The notes beneath the pieces are model-generated. The model was given only the letters and a program-made list of their open reading frames with translations, was not told the origin of the DNA and ran no database searches. From Camelus ferus (lineage: Eukaryota), in contig NC_045696.1 of assembly GCF_009834535.1 (NCBI RefSeq), positions 67,024,001 through 67,088,000 of the forward strand: 64,000 nt of DNA. Reading direction: 5' to 3'. Position numbers and translations under genes: made by a program. Below, piece by piece: positions 24,969 to 37,700 of the stretch. Numbering within the stretch: the first letter of the stretch is position 1; every line of letters begins with the position of its first letter.

Positions 24969-25917
24969 GTGAGCGGCTGCCCTGAGTTTCTTTGGCAAGT
25001 TTGTTACATAGAATGTAGAAATGAATGGACAGAATATAAATTGGGGATGGAGGAGTTTGGGGTTATAACTTCTGATTTTCATCCCAGCTCCACCTTCCCA
25101 AGGGATGGAGGGATTTTTGTCCTTATTTAATCTGGATCAGAAATGTCATGGTCATTGGTACATGATGGGTACTTCTTATCTGCAAGGGTAATTTTATTGT
25201 TATGAGGCCATAATGAGCAAAAGGTTACATTTGGATGTTGGAGATTCCTGGCTTTTCCCACCTTTCTTTGTTGGCCTCCAAGATACTTGTCACCCCAAAA
25301 TGTGTGATTTCTTATCAGTCCAAAGGTTCTTGTTCTCTTTTTCTGCCCAGGGACCCCCATTGTTCACAAGATATATGGTTTCCTACCATTTGGCCCGTGT
25401 CCCCCTTTCTCTGCTCATATCTAGCTATCTGCCTAGAAGTAATAATATTTTATCATGATCATCTCTTTGGATTGATGAACGCATCTAAGAGGTTGCTAAA
25501 TACAAATGCCTTTAAGTACAAAATATGCTTTATAACAGACAAATGCTACCATTAAGGTAGTAGAAAAAAAGTTAATAGTTCAGCAAGTGAAGCATTGCTA
25601 CTGACCTTCATAAAGCCCTTAACGGGTTAAATGCTCGGACATCGGGTGAAGTACTAGCCTCAGCTGTTCAAGTGGAATCTTTCTTGGGTCAGATTTCTCT
25701 GCTCTCTCCAGTCCATCTGCTCACAGCTTGTCATGATAAACACTTCTGCATTACAAAGCAAAGAGTACACAGCAACAGGAGAGGGACAGCGTCTTGGATC
25801 TTGACTGGACAATGGTATCAGAGCAAAACAGTACCCAGTCCTCCACTTTTCATTCCCCCACCCCCACCCCACACTCCCCATCTCTGCCCCCACCCTCCTT
25901 TGCCTCATGTGTCACAG

Positions 25918-25946
25918 CCACCTGTCAGGTTGGAAACAAGCTGAAG
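25918..25946 (+). other. Candidate 29-nt exon (alternative acceptor at 25711 would give 235 nt)
   Basis: Acceptor CTCCTTTGCCTCATGTGTCACAG|, donor AAG|GTAAGA. Confidence 0.25.
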
Positions 25947-27219
25947 GTAAGAAATCAAAGCCATCCACAAGCGGCTGAAGAAGAGAGACAGGCCTAATGG
26001 GGGAAAACAATGCCAGGTGGAAAATCTAGGTGTCACTTGCCCTTGGTTCAATGAAAGTAGAATGTGTTAAGTGATTGATACTTCTCAGAATAGAATTAGC
26101 TCAATACAGTGTCCTAGGGATCAGGGCACTTGGCTTATCAAGTCACAGTGGTGATTTGCCCTGAGAATTCAGCAGACAGTGCTGGATGTTCAGCCTCAGT
26201 TTCTTCATTTGTAAAGTCGGATGGTGTTTTGAGGGTGATAGCGATAAACAATTCCACCACTGTTAGCATTAGGCATAAATTCTAAAAAATCTCTGACAGA
26301 GTTTGGCACATAGTGGGTGGTAAATATCTTTTATTGACTGAATCTGGCATACTAGAAAAAATACTATACTAAGAAGTTCTTGCATGCTCAGCTGAGGACT
26401 TTGACCTTTCTTCAATGCTTTAGGAGCAATCTGAAGTTTCAGAGCAAGGAAATGTAATCATTATTGTTGGAATTAATGTTCCTGGCTCTGTTCCCTTTTA
26501 TGGAAATGAGGGAATTATTTAAATGTTCTGTGATTCTCTCCTTGACGTTCTGAAAGTCCAGGCTACTTCTTTGAATGTCTGATTACTTTTAAAACCCAAA
26601 AGTTGTGTCATTCCATATGCATTCTGTGTGGATAAGGACACTCCCAAAGGCTACTTCCTCTAGCTCTGAAGTCACTAATATCAAAACGACCTCAGTAATA
26701 ATTAAATAGATTATGGTGCAGCCATACGGTGTTAATAGTGGTTATTTCATAATGGTACAATTTCAGATGATAATGTAAAAAAATTTGTCTTTAACTATGG
26801 TTTCTTATTCATCTCTCATGAGCATGCATTCCTTATGTTCTAAAAATGATAAAAGAAAGAGGGTGTTGTCCAAGCCAGGAAGAAAGGAAGGAATGATGTC
26901 AGCAAGAATCACATCACAAGCTGGAAACTGACTCAGCATGACTTACCACGGCAGGTACAAAAAATGTAATTTTGCCTACCAATGCATTCTTTATCAATAA
27001 AGTCATCTGTCTCCTCCCATTGGAAGGGAAAAGAAAAGTGTGTTCTATAACAATCCCTGAAAGAATCTGCATCCTCTTTCTCTGGCTTTGCTTAAGCCTC
27101 AGATCTCCTCATTCATTCACCTGATCAACAAACATCACACCGTCCCCACTATTGGCCAAGTGCCATGCTATGGGGTCAGGACACATAATTGAAAAAGATG
27201 GCTTCTGCTTTCAAGGGTA

Positions 27220-27845
27220 TGAAGTAATGGGAATTGTCACACACTGCTGGTGGGAGAATAAATTGGCACACCCATTTTGGAAAGGCAGTTTGATCAGTTG
27301 TTAAACTTACAGATGTGATTTCATATTTTGGGACCCAGCATTTCCACACCTGAAGTTCTGGAACAAATGCAGGAAGTACTGCAGGTGTGCGACTAGCAGT
27401 CACATGCAAGCATGTTCATAGCAGCGTTGTTTGTTAAGAGGAAGGAATAAACCAGAAACAATCCAAACATACTTGTGATCGAACTACAGCTGCATGGATC
27501 AATAGTAATGAATTTCAAAAACCATAATGTCAAATAAAAAATGCCACAGAAGACCATGGATAGTATGGTTTCATTTATATGAAGATCAAAAAACAATATA
27601 TAATTAGGGACACACATATCTGAGAAAACTACAAGAGAAGCAAGAAAATAAAGAATAATTAACATTTAGGATAACGGTGACCTCTGAGAGTGATGGAACA
27701 AGATTACTTAATAGAAGAAGAACACTGGGAGAATTTTAAAGGTATTGGGAATGTAATGGACTTATGAGTAATAATTGTGTTACTATTCTTTAATCCATAC
27801 AAATACAATGTACATATTCTTTGTATAAATAATATTTTGATTAAA
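27220..27845 (+). mobile_element. Old L1ME/MC 3' end
   Basis: CACACACTGCTGGTGGGAG...TTTGGAAAGGCAGTTTG...ATGTTCATAGCAGCGTTGTTTG...GTATGGTTTCATTTATATGAAG. Confidence 0.85.
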
Positions 27846-28349
27846 AAGTAGAATGCACAAAAATGGGATGAAGTACACCCCAAAAGAAAAAAAATCTTAT
27901 CTTCAAAACCAAAATCAAACATTTCCTGCTACATGAAATCTCTCCTTACTTTGCTAATATTTTCCCTCCCTCTTTTGATTGCTTTTCATATTTTTAAAAT
28001 TATGCTTTGTGTTCCTATAGCTTTCAAGTTCTGTTTTATGTGAGCACAGTTTAGGTAAAAGATCTTACATCCTAGAGACTGTGAGCATCATTAGTATAGA
28101 ATCTGTCTCATTATTTCTGCTTTACCCACAGAAACTTTCTTAGGAATCACTTGTGGTACAGTCCCATGGAAACTGGGATTTCCCTCAAGAGTTTTGAGTT
28201 CAAATCTTGGTTTTATGACCTAAAACTTTTGAGATGCTGAACATCAGTTTCCACTTCCGTGAAATGCTGAGAACCACCACCTATCAGCACCACAGATTTA
28301 GGATTTTGCTGAGATTAAAAATTCATGGGCATGAAAGCTTTAAAAAGTA

Positions 28350-30420
28350 TTTGAAGTAGTTTGACAAAAAGAAACTTAGAATGCAGAGGTAAAGAAATAG
28401 AAAATATGAAAGAAAATACAAGTACAGGGCAAAGCAGTCAGGAAGCATGGCACCCACCAAAGAAGTTTCAGAAAGAGAAAGTAGAGATGTGATGCGAACA
28501 TATTATCAAAGAAATAACAGAGTAATATTTCACAGAAGTAAAAGTGGATGCCAGTCTTCATATTTCAAGGGCTCGAAGTGTAGTGAGAGTGAGGATGAAT
28601 GAAATAATATACCTACTATCTACACCTTCAGGATTGGAGGATATCAAGGATAAGGGAAAAGCTTAAAATCCTGGACAGAGAGAAAAGAAAGAGAGTATAC
28701 CTACAAAGAATGAGCATGAGGTTGCCCTCAGGCTTCTCAGCATCCAGCTTTATAAACTGTAAGGAGTGGAAAATTACTTCAAAGGTTTAGGGGAAGATTA
28801 TGAACATAGAATTCTCTATCCTGGCAAGTTGTTCATCCAGTGTGGCTGCAAAATAGATTTTCAGACATACAATAACCCCTAAATTTGTTTCCTATATATC
28901 TTACCTAAGCAAGACAATTAATAACATACTGCAAGAAAACAAAGAAATAGTGAATGAATAAAAAAATATGGGATCTAAGAAAGAAAGGTTCTGCTCTGGG
29001 ACCACAGTGAAGGCCCATGATGACATCTTCGCAAGCAGTCATAGAGGACAAGCAGTCCTGATTGTGATGGGCTGTCGGAGGGCTGGGAGAGGGATTTCAA
29101 GGGAAAAAAGAAAGAGAAGGGAATTCTATGTAATTGACTGTATGATCAAGATACTGAAAAATGTTGGGATACGGTGAAGTCATACTATTGATTTTTAAGA
29201 ATAAAGTAATGCTAATCTTAAGAACTTATACAGAGTCGTGGTGTAAACATAAAGTAAATTAAAATGAGCCATTATTTTGAGCAATTGATGGGGTATAAAG
29301 TGAATCCAGTTAACACCGATTCTAAGAATATTATACACCAATATTCTTCGGGGGTTATTGCATTAGATTTCTAGAAAAGAAAACGCATCCTAAAACACTT
29401 TCTCTTATTTAGCCCTGAAATGACCAAGATTTATAGAAGCGTAATAATGCCATCTGCGTATGGTAGTCGATTTTTAGAGTTAATTTATATACAAAGTACA
29501 AGACTCATTATCTTTAACTTCAGAAGATACTGCAAGTCTTAACTTGGCCGACAGCTATGGCCGACAGGAGTTGGGAGTTGGAAGGGGAAGGTGGGTAAAA
29601 CTAAGTACAGGAGGAAGACTCATTTCCATGCTTCACATGGTGGACTGTCTGAGGCTGGTGAAAACAGGGACAGAGGTGTAAGTATTACATGTGTAAGATC
29701 TTAAGTAATTTAACTTGCATTTAAGATCACAAATATAATCAACAGCAGAACTAAAAAAACTATTTAAATGTTGGGAAAAAATGAGAAATAGTGTAGTAAT
29801 GTTAAATTGTCACCTTGTAAAAATAGAAAGTCAAAAGATGTCATGTAACAAATAAAAATAATAGCGGTACGAGCATATTATTTAGGGCTTTGAATGTAAC
29901 CAGCAGATGAACTAACTCATAAATGGCTCAGTGTCCTGGACGGTGTGAAAGGCTAAGATGAGGACTTGTGACTGTCACTGGAAGCCTTTGTGTATTTTAT
30001 TTTTCTTGACGTGCATATAATCTTTAATTATAAACAGATATTAATTGCAGAAATTTTTAAAATTAAGTCTTTAAAAGTATGTCCATAGCATTTACAAAGG
30101 GATATTAATTGCAGTATGTTCATAAAATTTCAAATTAGATTAAAAAACCTTTTAATCAGTTAGAAAATATATTATGTCCTTCTATGGAGTTTAATGCAGC
30201 CTTAATAATAATTATGTGGGGACAATTGTACTGACATAGGTGGATTTCCAACAGATGTTTGTGAGGGGAAGGAAGCTACAGAGTATGTTCAGTGTGCTAA
30301 CATGTGAAAGAAGCTTACGTTTCCATTTCTACAGGTACAAGTGCGTAAAGGACTTCGGGGAATAGGTCAGAAATTGACAACAGTGTGGTGTTGATTAAAA
30401 GGGAAATAAAGGCTGTACCA
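28350..30420 (+). mobile_element. Ancient L1/HAL1-like fragment (decayed ORF1 region followed by 3' sequence)
   Basis: ATCAAAGAAATAACAG...TTTCACAGAA...AGTCTTCATATTTCAAGGGCTC; TAGAATTCTCTATCCTGGCAA; TTTTCAGACATACAA. Confidence 0.6.
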
Positions 30421-30464
30421 ATTTTTTTTTCTTCTATGACTTTCCTATTTTTTAAACTGAATTT

Positions 30465-32300
30465 ATTTTTCTATTTTTTATTGTGGGAAAGTAGAGAGAC
30501 TAGAATAATGAACCCCCACTGTATGCATCCCCCAGTTTTAATAATTATCACCTTCAAGCCAATCTGATTATATCTCTGCTCTTCCCATTTTCACCCTTCA
30601 TAGATCATTTTGAGGAAAGTCTCAGACATAATATTATCTGTAAATATTTTCATATGGTACAAGATAATTATCCAGATTTTTAAAGTTGCTCATTTGATGT
30701 CATCAAATATCCAGTCAGTGTTCAATATTCCAAAAGATTCATAGATGAACTTTCTTACAGTTTGTTAGTTTGTCATTATCCTTCATGTCTTGATTTTTTA
30801 ATGTTTTAATTTGTGTCATGAAATATTTAAAATTCAAAAATATGGAAAATAATTAACAGGAATACATATGAATACCAACCAGATTTATATGTTGTTATAT
30901 TTTGCCATATTGGTTTCAGAATTTTAAAGAAATAAACACACATTTTGTGGAGAAAAAGTACAATCATTCTTTAAGAAATACAGCATGTTTTCAAAGACAT
31001 AAAAATGCTGAAAAACAAAAAGCTCATGAAACAAATTTAGTCTACATTTCCCTAAAATTCTATCCCCGCTTTTTATTCCTAGAGATCATATCTGTTCTGC
31101 TGTTAATATATACTCTGCCCATCATATGCTTTGTAAGTTTAATACTTACATAAGCACATATAAATAGTAGATTTTACTAGTTTTTAAAAATTTAAATGCT
31201 AATAGATTGTATGTACCCAGTTATATCTTTTTACCCTCAACATTATGTTTCTGATATTTATCCATCTTAATACATGAAGATTAATTTCATTTATTTTAAT
31301 CACTGCCTAGAATTTCACTGTTTTTATATATCCACTCTCTAATTGATAGACATCTAAGTTATCCCAACTTCAGTCTTACAGATTCTATCATAATGATAAT
31401 TCTTAAACCCATCTCTTCATGTAGATATGTGAGCATTTCTCTAAAAGAATATTCCTAGAAATGGATTTCTCAGTCATAGAATACAGTATTTCCAATTTAT
31501 TTGATATCGTCAATTTGTGTTGCTGGTGATTTTCTCAATTTGCTCTCCCACTACCAGGATATGAGCTTCCTTTTACCACATCCTCATCAATCTTTGCTGT
31601 TTTCCAAGTTTTTAATTCATTAGTCTGATGGTTATGAATTTCACTGTGATTTTAATTAACATTTCTCTGATTGCTAGAGGAGTTTCAGATATTTATTGGC
31701 CTCTCAGTTTTCTCTTTCTTCAAAATTCCTATATTTAACATCTGGTCATATTTCTATTGGGTTATCTGACATTTTCTCATTAATTTTAAAAGTTCTTTAT
31801 AAATTCTGAACATGGTTTTCATCATCCATTATCATTTATTTGAGTTGCAAGAGTCTTCTTTCAGTCTTTGACTTGGTGTTATTCACACAGTCCAGCCATA
31901 AGGAAGCTTTAAATTTTAATGTAGTCAAACTATCAATATTTTTCTTTTATGGTTTGTACTTTCTGGGGCTTGTTTATAAAATCCTTCCTAATTCCAATAT
32001 CACCAACATATTCTACATGTTCTTTTAAATTTTTTATAGTTCTAAGTTTCATATTTTGATTTTTATAATAAAATATATGCAGCTATTACTTCTATAATAA
32101 TTAATAAAAAGACAGAAAAGTAAAAGTCATCCATAATTTTAGCCCTCAAACCAAGTACTGTTAACATTCTATTTACTTCCACTTTCATTTCTGTACACAT
32201 GTCCTTTGTTATATAAGTAGAATGACACATCACCTATATTTTTATACACTTTTTTTTTCATTGAACATCACTTGCTAATATGTTTAAAATTGATAAAAAT
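30465..32300 (-). mobile_element. Nested old L1MC/L1ME 3' fragments
   Basis: AAAGTAGAGAGACTAGAATAATGAACCCCC (L1MC4/5 end); ATTGATAGACATCTAAGTT; TTTAATTAACATTTCTCTGATTGCTAG; TTTTAATGTAGTCAAACTATCAAT. Confidence 0.8.
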
Positions 32301-33842
32301 TCACAGGAAGAGTATCTAGAGATGCAATATTTGGAGAGGGAACTTGAATGAAAATTTCCTTCACAGTATGTATTTGGGATGCATACAACCCAACCACGTG
32401 TGACTCCTTACACGGCCTCTGTGTGTCCCTCCACTGTAGAAACTGACATAGTCTTCTGATAATTGTTACTGTATTTCTGCCTCCTCTTCCACTAAGTCAA
32501 ATGCTCCTTCAGGTCAAAGACAGCTCTCACTCATCTTTGTATCACAACTTGGGGCAAATAGTAGGTGCTCAAGAAATGTGGAAAGGAAGGTGGTGAAATG
32601 AACATTGAATTAGGAATGAGGAGACCTAGATCCTAGTTCAGTAAGTAGCTGTCAAGTAGGGTCTTTGAACAAATTTCTTCTGAGACCCAGTCTCTTCATC
32701 TATAAATTGAGGGGAGGGAATTATATAACCTATAAATTTCCTTCTCCTTTGACATTCCAGACTGTTTCTTTAAGGAGAAAAGTATTTACAGGGGCTATAA
32801 ATATTCTTTAAAATATTTATATTTCATGATACTATTAAGTAGCCTAGGCTTTTGACAACCTATGACATCTAACAGTAACAGGTGTTTACTTAAACACAGA
32901 TGGAAATTGTGGTCCCTTAAGACTGCCAGTCTTTCAGTAGAGATGTCCTTGCAGGTTTGGATGGATGAGCTGTTTTCTGGTGAGTAGCCATCAGAATACC
33001 AGCGAGTGAGCTTAACATCAGATACCCATTGCAGCTCTGTTCCACCGAGATTTCTGGCAGGATATAGGACCATGTCATTTCCTGGCTCATGTGCTTTTCC
33101 ATCTGTCCCATGGACTCCAACCTGCTCAAGGGAGTTTGTGATTACATCTCCCTCTAGTGACAAAAACCTTTGTATAGTGCAAAGTCTCCTGTGTCACACG
33201 AGAAAGAATATTTGGCTAGAAAAACATAAATAAAAAGAGAATATATTGGTCTTTTGATAATCCAAGGAATGTTACATCACTGCTGCTCTGTGGGAGGAAG
33301 TAAAGTTCACCGTGTATTTCACTTTGCATTGAGAGAACTAATGCTTAGGAAGCTTTTTTTTTTTTTTTTGGCATGTCTGAGAACTAGATAGTGAGGAGTC
33401 TGCCCCATTAATATCATGCACCAGACCAATCATAACCAAAGTCCCATATAAACGTAAGACAGGATACTCTCCAGTGCAAATATATAAGAAAATCATCTCT
33501 CTTCTATTCATTCTGTGTCTAATTGTCCGTAAAACTGGTTCTGGTGGAAACAGCCATAGAATAATTTTTTTATAGCAAGGAAATGAAAATATCAGGAATA
33601 TAAATTTTCAACCCAATGATCTACATCCATCAGAAAAAATAACAGTAAGAGTTAGCCAAGGTTAACGCAAATCAATAGTTGGAGAAATAAGGTAGACCAG
33701 ACAGAAGACAGCTCATCCTTTGGGGCTATGATTTCCCATAGGAAAGCTGGTAGCAGTGGCGTGTGTATCTGGACCATCCCTTCTGCAATAGTCCATTGAG
33801 GTTCAAGGGAAAACATTAGGCAAACAAACAGCTGTTTTGTTT

Positions 33843-33911
33843 TCTCCGTAGTTTGTTTGTGATAAGAGCTGATGTGACCGTCCAGTACTTATCACAAACC
33901 AAAGAAGGAGA
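33843..33911. other. ~70-nt imperfect inverted repeat (stem-loop)
   Basis: Perfect 12-bp arms GTTTGTGATAAG (33855-33866) and CTTATCACAAAC (33888-33899); outer pairing TCTCC/GGAGA and TTT/AAA; inner pairing CTG/CAG. Confidence 0.85.
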
Positions 33912-34554
33912 CAATCTCCCCTGTGTTGGCACAGAAGTTGCTTGAGGTCTCATGAGCAAGGAGCCGACCAGTGATATCACCTCGAGACTCTAAGCTCAGG
34001 ATGTCTCACCTTTCACATCAAATACCCTCATCCCTCTAGTCAGTACAGCCTCAGGTCAAGGGATTAGGATGTCCTGGATCCTAAAGAATTTGCCGTCACA
34101 AACAGGTTCATTTCAGGAGCCTTTCTTTCCATTAAAACTGTTACGTCTGAAATGGGAGCTAGAAACCGGGCTCTGGGGAAGAAGGGATTTTCACCAGCTC
34201 CCTGGGAAGTCCCTCTGGTTTCTAAGTTCCATTTCTCAGTTCATTTTACGAAGCTCTTAATACAGCTGGCCCTGTCATTTTAGACCAACATGGTCAGTTT
34301 TTTTTTTTCACCATTGACCTTGCAGATGGACAACTGAAGAAGTCAACTCTGTGATTTCTATACAGTTGTATTTATCGGAATGGCCCAGACATTAGAGACT
34401 AATCTGTCAAATATCCTCATTTTACAGAACAGAAGGCTAAGGTCTGGAGTGGAAAAGAGTCCCCAAAGAGAAGGGCTAGAAGCCAGAACTCAAGATTCCA
34501 AGGACAATGTCTTTTGTACCTTGATATACTGTCATTTTTTTTCAAAACAGACCA

Positions 34555-34790
34555 TAGATCATATTTCTAAATAAATATAGATTTATTTTTGTCCATTCAA
34601 AGTAGTCTTTTTAGCAGTTTATAGATATTTTAATAATGCTACTATTATTCAAAACATATTTAAGATTCCTCTTTGGCATTCCACACAGTCTGTGGCACAT
34701 TACTAATGATTTCCTTAGCTATCAGGCTGTCAGCTCACTAAGGGCCCTGTCTTCAGTTTTGACTGAAACTTGATACATGCTAGTTCATCA
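34555..34790. mobile_element. MARNA-like (Tc1/mariner) DNA transposon fossil
   Basis: CATTCAAAGTAGTC...ATGCTACTATTATTCAAAACAT...TCCTCTTTGG...CTGTGGCACATT...AAACTTGAT resembles the recalled MARNA consensus. Confidence 0.6.
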
Positions 34791-37700
34791 CACGTATTTT
34801 TGAATAAAATTAGCCACTGTTTATTATTTGATGAAAGATTTAATTCTTAGAAATATCTGGTATCACAGCAAAAAACATCAAGTTTATACAAATCAGTGGT
34901 TGAATGGGATATTCTATCTCATATGATTCAGAGTCCCTGTCTCTCCCCTACAGGGCTAGAGTCATTTGAATGTAGATGAGTGCAGAAATCATGTCTCACT
35001 CACCTCGAAATCTCACTGCACCACAGACAAAGAACTCTCACAGGTAATCAATAAATGTTTGATGAATAATGGAGCAGCAGGTGGGAAACTGGATGAAGGT
35101 GAAGACCACTTGTTTGCCGGTTGTTGACACAAGAATGTCACGGTAATATTTCTTGGTTGGAACATAAAAGTTAACTGGAGCTATTGCCAATGTTCTAACC
35201 ATCAACTAGCCACTTTGAATAGTGAACTCGGATGAAAACGCATTGTGTGGATAATAGACTGTACCACGAGCTGACATTCAAATGTCTTAGCTGCCAACAT
35301 CTTAATCCCAGAGTGTTTCAAAACACATAGATTTTTCTCTTTTGCGAAGATCTCATCTTGCTCCTTCAATACAATATGTACACATCACCAGCAGTACTTT
35401 AAATAAAGAGTAATTATGACAATTGTAAGTTCTCTGATCATGGTTACTGTTTGTGCTTGATTTTTTGAATTACATATATTTATGCTTACCTGAGAAGTCA
35501 AGTTATTAGCAAATGCCATCTGTGAACAATGCATCATGGGATATTTTCTGGAAAAAACCCACACGCACATGTAAGTATTCAAAGACTGTTTAATGAATGC
35601 ACTTGGGCAAAACCAGTGATACCTAAATATCAAGGGATGTCCCTTTTAAAATTCATAGTTAAATAATGAGACCCTGGCACATATTTTCATCTGATTTTCC
35701 ATTTTCTTTTAGAAATGAGAGTTAATGAACCTTACCTTTTACCACACATTGTCCTGGGTAGAAGTGAATTGATATTGGCGGTAAATAAAGTTCAGGGCTT
35801 TGAGATCCCATGAAGCTTAATTAAATGTGTGAAAAACAGCTTCAGTCTTGGATGTAAATACTACGGTAGGCAACAATGCCTTGGGTGTTTTCCCACCATC
35901 CGAAATAATTTTTCTTTATGGAGGAACATGCTTCAGATATTATGTTTCATTCCTTAAGGGGAATCTTCTTTATTTGGGATTCTTAATACATTCTAGTTTA
36001 ACACACAGGAGTTATTTTTTACAAGGTGTGTTTAACAGAACCAATTTGTGGAGAAGACCAAGAGCTGGCTGCCCATGCACAAGTGAGAGCGTTTGACTGT
36101 AGAGGGGAGGAGCCTTGTCTGTTATGCTGCTCTGTCCTTCTTCTTCTGACCTAATTCTCTATCCAGAGCACTTATGAACATTCTGGCACGTTAAAATGAG
36201 TGTCTGTTAATGGGGCAAGTCAGATGGGGAATAAGCAAAGCGTCAGGCGGGATGACATTCCTGTTGGGCAGCCAGTGGGGCAGCTTGCTCGCTGCTGTCT
36301 TGTTAGCTGGATGCCAGTAAGAAAGACAGGTAACAAAACTCCTTAACCCAGGCAGCATGCATTCCTCAATCTAATGAAAACTGAGTGGGTGGCTGTGGCT
36401 CTCATTCAACCTCTACGTGATTACCGTGCGTGCATTGGTGGGACCTGGAGGTCTTCAGCTACTGATGCTGCTACTCTCTGTGCCACTCGAGATCAGTTTG
36501 GACCCTCTGAGGTCCCCACTTACCACATCAGCACAGTCTCTCTTTTTCCCTACAACCCAAGGGATCTGCTGAAGTCTCCAGAATGAAAAGCATTTCTCTT
36601 CTCCCTCCCACTCCACTGTCTCTATAATCTGATTTTAAGCATGTGATTCTTACTCAGCCCCATGAAATTAAGACTTTCAAAACTCAAAAGCCGAGGGCTA
36701 GCTCTATTCTTCTTTTTTATTTCTGCTTTGTCATCTCTTCCTTGAGGCCATATAAAGAATGCCTACCTGGATGAATGGAGGGAGAGTCAAAAAGAAACAC
36801 TAGGGGTAAAAGTCACAACATAATGCTGAAAAATATGGTCTCATGATAACTTGCACATGCATGGAGAGAGAAAAAAGGGATACAAGCTCAGAGCATTAAT
36901 ATTTTAATGTTAAGACTATGGAGACAAGTATAGATCACCTGGTTTAATCCTTCCATTTAGGGTGGGTATAACCAAGATCTAGAGGAAGGAAATGCTTTGC
37001 TCAATGTGATAGTGTACATTATTAGAGAAAAATAATGGGATTTCTGACCGGTGTTCTTATCAATTTAGTTTACAGAAAAGAATACATACTTTAATGTCAG
37101 CCAAATTCATATGTTAATTCATATCTGAAAGACATTTTTTAAAAATTAGAATGTAGAATAATTTCTGTCATTTATTAGCATGTGTGATCTTTTACACCAC
37201 TAAATATCTCTAAGGGTTATCTGTAACTGAGGATAATATTACACTTTACAAACGTGTTATAATGAAATTGTATATGAAGTGTCAAATTCTTGGCATACAC
37301 TAGATGCTCAATAATTCATAGCTATGGTACAGAGTATGATGCTACACTGTAACATACTTCATATTTTTAATTGTGGGTTATCACATGAATTTGTAGATAA
37401 AAGGTGAGAGTTAGATGTTTAAATAAACATTATTTATGCTATTTTAGCAAAATAATATGCTATTTTGAAAGTTATAATATCCCTTAACAGGCAAGGCTGA
37501 ACCAAAATACTTTGGGTCTTACTCACTTCCAAAAATATGCATTACATTAGAAGCATTGAAACATTTACAGATAGGGTTTTCTGCCATTTTAGTTCAGACA
37601 GTTCAGCCAATCTGAAGACTTGTCAGCTGAAAAGAAGTAGGATAAGAAAGATAAATTAAAGGACTAGTATTTTTTTTTCCACATAAAAACCTGAGCCCTA

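Noticed and set aside
5636..26503. CArG boxes at 5636-5645 and 26494-26503
   Set aside because: A handful of CC(A/T)6GG matches is expected by chance in 64 kb of AT-rich DNA, and these are not clustered.
32795..33163. 122-aa minus-strand ORF
   Set aside because: Non-ATG start, no recognisable motif and no supporting exon structure.
34954..35043. 90-nt exon-like segment with good splice sites
   Set aside because: Sits in an L2-like 3' end and has an immediate stop in frame 0; typical repeat-derived pseudo-exon.
35490..35547. 58-nt minus-strand exon-like segment (TTTTTTCCAG| ... CAG|GTAAGC)
   Set aside because: No compatible partner exons found and the peptide (KYPMMHCSQMAFANNLTSQ) is unrecognisable.
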